Positions 1-7,268 of a stretch of DNA of 39,147 bases are shown here, in pieces (within the stretch, counting starts at the first letter, position 1; each line of letters begins with the position of its first letter). The notes beneath the pieces were generated by a model. That model saw only the letters and a list, made by a program, of their open reading frames with translations, was not told the origin of the DNA and did not search any database. The translations under genes and the position numbers were made by a program. Location: assembly GCA_040905385.1 (NCBI GenBank), contig JBBDRP010000002.1, positions 745,010-784,156 on the forward strand, read 5' to 3'. This DNA is from Minisyncoccota bacterium (GTDB taxonomy: Bacteria > Patescibacteriota > Minisyncoccia > Phycocordibacterales > SW-6-46-9).

Positions 1-164
1 AGAAGAGACTGGATCTGCGCCTGTAGGTCATCGTTAGACTGTCCGTAGGCTGGAGCAATTGCTGCGCCACCTAGCATGAAGAGTCCTGCGGTAAAAGCTA
101 CGAATGCAACTGTAGCTTTTGTTAGAACTGAATCTTTTGTAATAGTCATAAGTTTCTTTTCCAT
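1..164 (-). CDS. N-terminal fragment of a secreted or membrane-anchored hypothetical protein (runs off the window)
   Basis: Minus-strand ATG at 162-164, with a second in-frame ATG at 147-149. Translation is MEKKLMTITKDSVLTKATVAFVAFTAGLFMLGGAAIAPAYGQSNDDLQAQIQSL: charged N-terminus, hydrophobic core and an AxA-like site, i.e. signal-peptide-like. Too short for the ORF track. Confidence 0.4.
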   Translation of the reverse strand, partial: MEKKLMTITKDSVLTKATVAFVAFTAGLFMLGGAAIAPAYGQSNDDLQAQIQSL

Positions 165-690
165 TTCTTTTGGCGTCTTAATAACGCTTCGAAGAAATGG
201 GGTTATCTGTGTCGCCGGAAGTTAATTTGTAATTGATTAATACCGGGCGGACAGATATGAATTAGTAATTAGGATGTTGGGTCGAAATTATTTTGACCAC
301 GTACATAATCGACCAGAGATTCATACGTAGTGCGTGAGCGACCCCTTGGGCACTCCTTCGCCAAGGCTTCGTAGTGCAAGGCACGGTCAGCGAAAGCTTT
401 TCGTGCGATGCATAATCTGCCAGGGCTTGTAGTGCGGTAATTATCCTCCAGAGGATAACCAAAGAAAAAAGTGCATGCACTTTGGTCATCCTCCAAGAGA
501 TATCTACCGAATGTTCTGATCTTCTAGCATCTGTGCGGGCTTGAGCCCTTTGACTAATTGATTAGTCGAGTGACTCTATTCGAACCTTAACGCTGGCTCA
601 CCATGATATCCGCTCTACTCGAGTCGAATATCATGGATCGCTTCAAGTCGACAGTAGAGACAGAACTCTGATTTGCGGTCATTGTTGCCG

Positions 691-786
691 ACTTGGTCCA
701 GGAAAATTACATGTAATTTTCGGACATAAATTCGCGTAACGGTACTTTAAAACTAAAAGTTTTAAAGTTGTCCGACGCTCATTCAA
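691..786 (-). repeat. Structured repeat element, full copy 1 (candidate ncRNA)
   Basis: These 96 nt on the minus strand align end to end with 33115-33213 (+). Shared blocks are TTGAATGAG, TACCGT, GAATTTATGTCCG and CCTGGACCAAGT. The intervening stems differ in sequence but remain complementary. Confidence 0.7.
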
Positions 787-1087
787 CTTTGGACTTTGAG
801 CCCTCAGCTCTTTTCTAGCAAAGAGCTGGATTTCACTCGCTTGGCTCGTTTATATTCTTTTGTGAAGGTGCGGGGTTCTTTAATGTATACAGGCAATCTA
901 CCTATAACACCGTGTATGGTACCACACGCTTGACACTTCAACTGTGGAAAACACCGCTCGCACCCGCCTTTTTGTGAGACACGAATCAAGTTCTCCGCTC
1001 GCTAGCTGCGCGAGGTCTCACAAAAAGGGGTGCTCGCTTTAAGAGACGAAGCCCGAACAAAACAGCAATATTCGCTCTAAGGAGAAT

Positions 1088-1128
1088 GCCTGTGAGAGGT
1101 AGCTGAGAAGAGGTGGGCTCGCTCTAAG
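1088..1128 (+). repeat. 41-bp perfect direct repeat, left copy
   Basis: GCCTGTGAGAGGTAGCTGAGAAGAGGTGGGCTCGCTCTAAG is identical to 2247-2287. Confidence 0.95.
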
Positions 1129-1261
1129 GTAAGTGTCTCACAAAAGGGGTGCTCACTTTAGCGTAGTGACGTATACGGTTGTGAAAGAACAGTAATCACC
1201 GAACAACAGCCTTATTTTAACAATTAATAGTATAAAGATAAAGGCCTTTCCTTACACTTCC

Positions 1262-2023
1262 CTATACCTTTGTATAGGAAGTCCAACGTCTTTTACCGTG
1301 CTTTTCGAGTTGGCCGATCTTTACGAGGGCCTTGAGGTCGCGCTGAATGGTCTTGGTCGAGTAGCCGTTAACGACATCGGTGACGTCATTGACAGTGATC
1401 TCGTCGGTCTTGTTGAAAAGATCAAGAATCTTCTGCCGGCGCTTGTCCTTGGTTGATAGCTGAGCTTTTTTAGCGCTATTACCCGCGGTATTTGCCCCAC
1501 TGCCAGCAGCGGCGTCTCTACCTAATGAAGACGAATCGCGCGGGCTAGCCTTACGCGTTGTTTCGTGCCCTGATTGAAGGGTCGGAAGATCGTTGTTAAA
1601 GTACCCACTGTCCAGGTGTGGGCCCGGAAAGGCACCAAGATCATTAACCTCGGTAATAAAGGTGTCTATTTCCTCGCGCAGAACCCGGAAGTTCATGTAC
1701 GAAATAAGCCCCCCATCGCGAGCGACGGCGAGCTGTGAAAGCAGGCGTTTTAGCAGGCCAGATAGCTCTAGAAGGGTCTCATCCGGCGTGCCATCGGCCA
1801 GCATATGAGCAGACGATACAAGCGACAGTGCCTGGCGGCGAAGTGTGCCGCGGAGGGGTTCTTCAGACGGGAAAACGCGGGTTATGGCGTAAAGTGCACT
1901 GGCCAATCGCTGGGTTTTCCCGGAGACATAGGCAACACGTGTCGTATTGTCGTTTTGAGAAATACCGCTATCTTGCGCATTGCTTTGAGTTTTGTCGTTT
2001 ATACTCTGCATTATGATTTGCAA
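1262..2023 (-). CDS. Putative regulator: N-terminal four-helix-bundle (23S rRNA IVS-protein-like) domain plus C-terminal DeoR-type HTH
   Basis: 253-aa ORF. The N-terminal half contains ITRVFPSEEPLRGTLRRQALSLVSS, resembling the FPxEE...LRRAAxS signature of four-helix-bundle/IVS proteins. The C-terminus ITVNDVTDVVNGYSTKTIQRDLKALVKIGQLEKHGKRRWTSY is a typical DeoR-like winged HTH. Confidence 0.6.
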   Translation of the reverse strand: MQIIMQSINDKTQSNAQDSGISQNDNTTRVAYVSGKTQRLASALYAITRVFPSEEPLRGTLRRQALSLVSSAHMLADGTPDETLLELSGLLKRLLSQLAVARDGGLISYMNFRVLREEIDTFITEVNDLGAFPGPHLDSGYFNNDLPTLQSGHETTRKASPRDSSSLGRDAAAGSGANTAGNSAKKAQLSTKDKRRQKILDLFNKTDEITVNDVTDVVNGYSTKTIQRDLKALVKIGQLEKHGKRRWTSYTKV

Positions 2024-2174
2024 TAAAGTCTTTTATACGACAGGCTGTGTCTCTTTAGATGTCTTTTATTATATAACAGACATGTCTCAATGTAAAGATA
2101 AAGACAAAAAGCGACATATAAAAAGACACACAGCAAGCAACGCTCGCCCACTTCTCTTCTCAGCAAACACGCAT

Positions 2175-2196
2175 CAATTTATCCAGCGATAAATTG
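2175..2196. promoter_or_regulatory. Candidate operator palindrome in the divergent HTH-gene/ftsK intergenic region
   Basis: CAATTTATC-cagc-GATAAATTG is a 9-bp perfect inverted repeat about 150 nt upstream of the HTH gene start. Confidence 0.35.
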
Positions 2197-2246
2197 TGCT
2201 CACTCTCGGCTGATTTTTCTGCCAGGGGCAGAAACCATGCAAATCA

Positions 2247-2287
2247 GCCTGTGAGAGGTAGCTGAGAAGAGGTGGGCTCGCTCTAAG
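2247..2287 (+). repeat. 41-bp perfect direct repeat, right copy
   Basis: Identical to 1088-1128. Followed at 2296-2327 by a diverged copy of the unit found at 1052-1082. Confidence 0.95.
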
Positions 2288-2400
2288 TTCGATAACCCGA
2301 ACGAAACCTGCAGTATTCGCTTTAAGGTAAGCAAGTTTTACCCACAAATCTTCAAGCGCCAATATGATACTATTACCCTAGTCATTAACCAGATTTTTTT

Positions 2401-4932
2401 ATGGCCAAAGGAAAGAAAAAGAAGTCCTCAACCGCAAAGGATAAGCAGCAGTCACTGACCCAGAAGTTACTTCTGGGTAATCAGTCATCGCCAGTCCGAT
2501 CAGCCATTGCCGGCGTACTGATCGCGGCCGCGGCCGGATTCCTGGTTCTGGCGGCCTTTGAATCCGCCGGGTTTGTTGGTGATACAGTCCGCGGTTGGTT
2601 AGCGTATGCCTTTGGGACCGGGTACTGGTTTTTTGTTGCCGGCTTGATATTCTTTGCCTACGCGCTCCTGCGACGAAGTGCCAATCTTCCGACCTTGACG
2701 TGGGTGCATACGGTATCGGCGATCATCTTGTTTTTAACGATATTAGGATTGATTGATGTGGCAGCACCGGAGGCAGGAGGTATCATAGGAGCCTTGATTG
2801 CTGGTGGAGTTATTAGTGCCTTCTCTGTTTATGCCGGGGTGATACTGCTGCAGACAGTGGCGGTGGTAAGTTTGCTAATCTTGGTGGATGAGTACGTAGA
2901 TCTGAGTCGTCAGATAAATCTACCAGCGTTGTCATCTCTCGGTCTATCGAGTACCGCAGAGGATGAAGAGGAACAAGAAACTGAAGGAGAGATGAAAGTA
3001 ACCAACACCGCCCAGACGAATCAATCCACCAGTCAATCTGCTGAATCGCGTGAAGCAACAAAAGACTCCTCATCAGACCCTGAATCATCTGACGATGATC
3101 GGGCAAGCGGGACTACGAAGGGTAAGGATGGAGCCGGCTTTAGCGTGACGAAACCAAAGAAGCATAGTGAAGCTTCTTTTACTGCCTCTCCTCCCCTGAA
3201 AGGTGACTACACACCACCGCCGGTTGAGCTGTTGTCGCGCGATACCGGTGATCCGGAGGTAGGTGATGTAAAGGCGCGAGCTAATTTAATAAAACGAACA
3301 CTGGAAAACTTTAATATTGATGTCGAGATGGACGAAGTATCCATCGGGCCAACCGTCACCCGCTATGCGTTGAAGCCGGCGGAGGGCGTGCGTCTCAACC
3401 GCATCACGAACCTGCAGAACAATCTGGAGATGGCACTGGCGGCTCACCCCGTACGAATCGAGGCTCCGATCCCTGGTAAGTCCTTGGTAGGTGTCGAGGT
3501 TCCAAACACCTCTAAAACAACTGTCGGGCTGGCGGGGCTTATGGGATCAAAGCGGTTTCAGGATGATCCGGCTCCTCTTTTGATGGGTCTCGGACAGGGA
3601 ATTTCAGGTGAGACATACTTTTCGGACCTGAACAAGATGCCGCACCTCTTGATTGGTGGTGCAACCGGCGCGGGAAAGTCGGTGACGGTACATGTGCTGA
3701 TGAACTCGCTTCTCTTCCGCAACGGGCCAGACAATCTGAAGCTGATTATGGTGGACCCAAAGCGGGTTGAGCTAACGCTTTACAATGGTATTCCCCACCT
3801 CTTAACACCCGTTATCACCTCGGCCAAGAAGGCGATTCTGGCCTTGAAGTGGGCGGCTAAGGAGATGGATCGCCGCTACGATATTCTGGAAGAGAACGGC
3901 GCACGCGATATTTCTTCTTATCATAAAACCGTTCTACCAAAGCTAAAAAAACAGCACACCGAGGGTGAGCAGAGTCCAGACACGATGCCGTACATCGTGA
4001 TCGTGATTGATGAGATGGCGGACATGATGAGCGTTTATCCAAAGGAGCTGGAGGCAGTGATTGTCCGCATTGCGCAGATGTCGCGGGCAGTGGGAATTCA
4101 CCTGATTCTGAGCACACAGCGACCAGATGTGAGTATAATTACCGGTATCATTAAGGCCAACATTCCGGCTCGGATTGCGCTGCAGGTATCCTCACAGATT
4201 GATAGTCGTACTATTCTAGACACCAAGGGCGCTGAACAGTTGCTAGGTGCCGGAGATATGCTATTTCAGACCGGGGATATGTCTAAGCCGGTACGTATTC
4301 AGTCTGCCTATATCACCGAGGGTGAGGTAAAGAAGGTGGTAAAACACCTGAAGGATCAGTACGCCGATCAGCTGCAGGATACGGTGAGTCTCAAGGGTGA
4401 CGGCGATGGTGATGGCGGTAAAACCATCTTTGATGTAGCCGCCGAGGCCGAGGAGGATGAGGAGCGAGATGACAAGTACGAAGAGGCGCTGGAGACAGTG
4501 GTAAAGGCTGGTAAGGCCTCGACCTCGCATCTACAGCGAAAACTACGAGTGGGATACAGCCGAGCGGCGCGGATTATTGATGAACTGGAGGAGAACGGCG
4601 TTATCTCGGAAAAGGACGGCACGCGAGCTCGTGATGTCTTGATCACCCATAAAGAACTGGAGGCAGCGCGAGCCGGCGAGACCATCACGCATGAGGACTC
4701 CTCTGACGACTCGTCTCACGGCGAAGGCTCTGGCGAGACAAAGGAGGATTCCCATACCGTAGAACAAGGCGGGGCAGGCGACGACGACCCCACTCCCACG
4801 TCGTCTGGCGACTCTCCTAACGGCGGGGCAGGCTCCGGCGAGGGGGCAAGCGACCCTCAATCATCTGACGATGATCGGGCAAACGAAGAAATTGATGACA
4901 AGTACTTTGAGGCGTTAGAAGAGGATGAGTAA
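2401..4932 (+). CDS. ftsK: DNA translocase FtsK/SpoIIIE
   Basis: N-terminal multi-TM region, acidic linker, and a motor with Walker A GGATGAGKS and IVIDEMADMM. The gamma winged helix reads ASTSHLQRKLRVGYSRAARIIDELEENGVIS. An unusual ~130-aa acidic tail follows the gamma domain. Confidence 0.93.
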   Translation: MAKGKKKKSSTAKDKQQSLTQKLLLGNQSSPVRSAIAGVLIAAAAGFLVLAAFESAGFVGDTVRGWLAYAFGTGYWFFVAGLIFFAYALLRRSANLPTLTWVHTVSAIILFLTILGLIDVAAPEAGGIIGALIAGGVISAFSVYAGVILLQTVAVVSLLILVDEYVDLSRQINLPALSSLGLSSTAEDEEEQETEGEMKVTNTAQTNQSTSQSAESREATKDSSSDPESSDDDRASGTTKGKDGAGFSVTKPKKHSEASFTASPPLKGDYTPPPVELLSRDTGDPEVGDVKARANLIKRTLENFNIDVEMDEVSIGPTVTRYALKPAEGVRLNRITNLQNNLEMALAAHPVRIEAPIPGKSLVGVEVPNTSKTTVGLAGLMGSKRFQDDPAPLLMGLGQGISGETYFSDLNKMPHLLIGGATGAGKSVTVHVLMNSLLFRNGPDNLKLIMVDPKRVELTLYNGIPHLLTPVITSAKKAILALKWAAKEMDRRYDILEENGARDISSYHKTVLPKLKKQHTEGEQSPDTMPYIVIVIDEMADMMSVYPKELEAVIVRIAQMSRAVGIHLILSTQRPDVSIITGIIKANIPARIALQVSSQIDSRTILDTKGAEQLLGAGDMLFQTGDMSKPVRIQSAYITEGEVKKVVKHLKDQYADQLQDTVSLKGDGDGDGGKTIFDVAAEAEEDEERDDKYEEALETVVKAGKASTSHLQRKLRVGYSRAARIIDELEENGVISEKDGTRARDVLITHKELEAARAGETITHEDSSDDSSHGEGSGETKEDSHTVEQGGAGDDDPTPTSSGDSPNGGAGSGEGASDPQSSDDDRANEEIDDKYFEALEEDE

Positions 4933-4967
4933 AAAGTCGAAAGTCGAAAGTCGAAAGTCTAAAGTTC
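4933..4967 (+). repeat. Heptamer tandem repeat (AAAGTCG x3 plus two degenerate units)
   Basis: aaagtcg aaagtcg aaagtcg aaagtct aaagttc lies directly after the ftsK stop codon. Confidence 0.9.
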
Positions 4968-4986
4968 AGCTGGATACATATCAGCC

Positions 4987-5412
4987 ATGCTACTGCGACG
5001 AATACTACAAATCACCGCCGGTGGTGCCTTTCTGGCGCTGATTGTTGGCTATGGAATGTATCAGGCCGAGGACTTTCGCACCGGCCCCGTGATACAGATT
5101 ACCAGTCCTCAGGACGGATACCAGGCAGATGAACCCATGCTCAGTCTAGTGGGTAAAGCCGAGCGAGTATCGTACCTGAGTCTTAACGGTCGGCAGATTT
5201 ACACCGACACAAATGGGTACTTTGATGAGGAATTGCTGCTAACTGACGGGTATAATATAATAACGGTAGCAGGCAGAGATGCCTTTGACCGCCACACCGA
5301 GGAACATGTCCGTGTGATTTTAAACGCCTCCTCCTCCCTATTATTTTCTTCATATAACCTAAATAATGAGCAAGAATTCAGAGGACAAGAAGAGCAAGAA
5401 ACAGAAGAATGA
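4987..5412 (+). CDS. Hypothetical membrane-anchored protein
   Basis: 141-aa ORF with one N-terminal TM helix ([17 protein letters not shown]). No family recognised. Overlaps the recA start. Confidence 0.5.
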   Translation: MLLRRILQITAGGAFLALIVGYGMYQAEDFRTGPVIQITSPQDGYQADEPMLSLVGKAERVSYLSLNGRQIYTDTNGYFDEELLLTDGYNIITVAGRDAFDRHTEEHVRVILNASSSLLFSSYNLNNEQEFRGQEEQETEE

Positions 5413-6679
5413 AGACGTAGAGAAGACAATAAAGAAGCTAAAGAGTCGCTTTGGTGACGGCGCGATTATGCGGCTGGGTGAACGCACCGACAAGGATGTC
5501 GAGGTTATTTCGACCGGCTCGATGGGACTTGATCAGGCGCTGGGTGTTGGCGGGCTTCCTCGTGGTCGTGTTGTCGAGATTTTTGGACCAGAAAGCTCGG
5601 GAAAAACGACGCTGGCCCTGCATGTAATTGCCGAGGCACAAAAGGTGGACGGAATTTGCGCCTTTGTAGACGCTGAGCACGCACTTGATCCCGAGTACGC
5701 TAAGAATCTAGGTGTAAAAACAGACGAGCTTTTGATTAGCCAGCCGAACACCGGTGAGGAGGCGCTGGAGATTACCGAAAGCCTCGTACGCAGTGGTGAT
5801 ATTGATGTGGTGGTGATTGACTCGGTAGCGGCGCTAACTCCGAAAGAAGAAATCGAGGGTGATATGGGTAAAAAGCACGTTGGTCACCAGGCGCGACTGA
5901 TGAGCCAGGCGATGCGTAAGCTAACCAGTGGTGTCTCCAAGAGCAAAACAATGGTGATTTTTATTAACCAGATCCGCATGAAGATTGGTGTCATGTTTGG
6001 AAACCCCGAGACAACACCGGGTGGACGAGCGCTAAAGTTCTACTCGTCGGTTCGTTTGGATATTCGACGCCGAGCACGGATTAAAAAGGATGAAGAGGTG
6101 GTCGGGTCCCGCACCAAGGTGAAGGTGGTGAAAAACAAGGTCGCCTCCCCTTTCCGTACGACAGAGTTCGATATTATGTACGGAGAAGGGATCTCTCGAG
6201 AGGGTGAGCTGATCGCACTAGGTGAGAAGTACGGTCTGATCGAGAAGGCAGGGTCATGGTACTCGCTAAGTAAGGAGCTGGATCTTGAGGATGCCGGCGA
6301 GACAATTGGTCAGGGGTATGACTCGGTGCGTACCTGGCTAAAGCAGCACAAGAAGGAGCAGGAGTTGATAAAGACAAAGATTCGCGAAGCTATGGAGGAA
6401 GAGGTAAAGGGCAAAAAAGCGGCTCGTGAAAAGGAGAACGAGCAGGTAGACGACCCTCAATCATCATCTGACGATGATGATCGGGCAAGCGAGAAGGATG
6501 TGGACAAGGGAGAAAAGAAGGAAAAGTCAGACAAGAATAGTAAGGATGAAGGTAAAGACAAGGATGAAAAGAGTGAGAAAAAAGAGAGTGATGGTAAGAA
6601 AAAAAAGAAGAAGGAATCTGGCAAGAATAATAAGAAAGGTATGAAGAAATCAGCTAAGAAGAAAGACAAAAGTAAGTAA
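5366..6679 (+). CDS. recA: Recombinase RecA with a long Lys/Glu/Asp-rich C-terminal tail
   Basis: [11 protein letters not shown], Walker [47 protein letters not shown] and NALKFY-like [15 protein letters not shown]. About 95 extra low-complexity residues at the C-terminus. Confidence 0.95.
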   Translation: MSKNSEDKKSKKQKNEDVEKTIKKLKSRFGDGAIMRLGERTDKDVEVISTGSMGLDQALGVGGLPRGRVVEIFGPESSGKTTLALHVIAEAQKVDGICAFVDAEHALDPEYAKNLGVKTDELLISQPNTGEEALEITESLVRSGDIDVVVIDSVAALTPKEEIEGDMGKKHVGHQARLMSQAMRKLTSGVSKSKTMVIFINQIRMKIGVMFGNPETTPGGRALKFYSSVRLDIRRRARIKKDEEVVGSRTKVKVVKNKVASPFRTTEFDIMYGEGISREGELIALGEKYGLIEKAGSWYSLSKELDLEDAGETIGQGYDSVRTWLKQHKKEQELIKTKIREAMEEEVKGKKAAREKENEQVDDPQSSSDDDDRASEKDVDKGEKKEKSDKNSKDEGKDKDEKSEKKESDGKKKKKKESGKNNKKGMKKSAKKKDKSK

Positions 6680-6682
6680 ATG

Positions 6683-6718
6683 AAAAAGCCGGGCTTAGAA
6701 GTAAGCGCCGGCTTTTTT
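6683..6718. terminator. Bidirectional rho-independent terminator
   Basis: AAAAAGCCGG ... CCGGCTTTTTT hairpin between convergent recA and the 6734-7141 gene. Confidence 0.6.
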
Positions 6719-6733
6719 AGTTTCGAGGTAAAT

Positions 6734-7141
6734 TTATTCTTCAATTATCTCCTCATTGCTATCAACGAGGGCGATATTCTTATCATATCTAATAAGAAGC
6801 ACGATTATTACGGCTATCATTGCGACTATGAGTAAGCTTGTCATACTGATGATAAATTTAACATACAGCATCGGAAGCACTACTGCTCCAATTACTCCTA
6901 GCAATACTGCTGGGAAGGATTCCTTGCCACTCTGAACGTAAAAGGTTGGGGTGAAAAAAAGCATAATAACCAGGATAATGTTTGGATACATCAGTATATT
7001 ACTGAAGTACGTTATCGGATACGAATCCTGGATTATCATCTTCCAGATCGGAATAGCCAGAAGGATGTTGATGGTCGAGCAGGTAATGTACAGTATCCAG
7101 CGTTGGTGGAAATTGAAGAATTCATGATCAGGTTCTTTCAT
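6734..7141 (-). CDS. Small multi-pass membrane protein, unknown function
   Basis: 135-aa ORF with about 4 hydrophobic helices. Visibly A+T-rich. Confidence 0.55.
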   Translation of the reverse strand: MKEPDHEFFNFHQRWILYITCSTINILLAIPIWKMIIQDSYPITYFSNILMYPNIILVIMLFFTPTFYVQSGKESFPAVLLGVIGAVVLPMLYVKFIISMTSLLIVAMIAVIIVLLIRYDKNIALVDSNEEIIEE

Positions 7142-7215
7142 CTGTTTGGGTTTAGGTTTTAGGTTTAAGAAGGTACTGGAGATATTTTACTACTTTTTAT
7201 CGTTTTGTCCAATGG

Positions 7216-7250
7216 ATAATAAAAAGCCGCACTCAAGTGAGGCGGCTTTA
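7216..7250 (-). terminator. Rho-independent terminator
   Basis: Minus strand reads AAAGCCGC-ctcacttgagt-GCGGCTTTTTATT, downstream of the 7269-7661 gene. Confidence 0.65.
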
Positions 7251-7268
7251 GATGAATATTTTTGTGAT

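Noticed and set aside
441-458. DnaA-box-like TTATCC strings (also at 2180-2188) suggesting a replication origin.
   Set aside because: There are only isolated, imperfect boxes. There is no cluster, no AT-rich unwinding element pattern, and no dnaA or dnaN nearby.
262-496. Two overlapping 75-aa minus-strand ORFs, and the 61-aa TTG-start, Cys-containing ORF at 804-989.
   Set aside because: They overlap each other in different frames and lack ATG/SD contexts. They coincide with strong hairpins and repeat units, so they are more likely non-coding. A decayed pseudogene cannot be excluded without a search.
570-640. A tRNA- or tmRNA-like signal: GGTTCGAAT on the minus strand (plus-strand ATTCGAACC at 578-586).
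   Set aside because: The flanks do not form a T-arm (TAAGG vs AGAGT do not pair). There is no acceptor stem or CCA context and no tmRNA 5' GGGG...UCGAC motif.
1015-1160. A possible CRISPR array, because of short regularly spaced repeats.
   Set aside because: The conserved part is only about 11-13 nt, the unit lengths are irregular (about 30-46 nt), the 'spacers' are themselves repeated at 2247-2327, and there are no cas genes.
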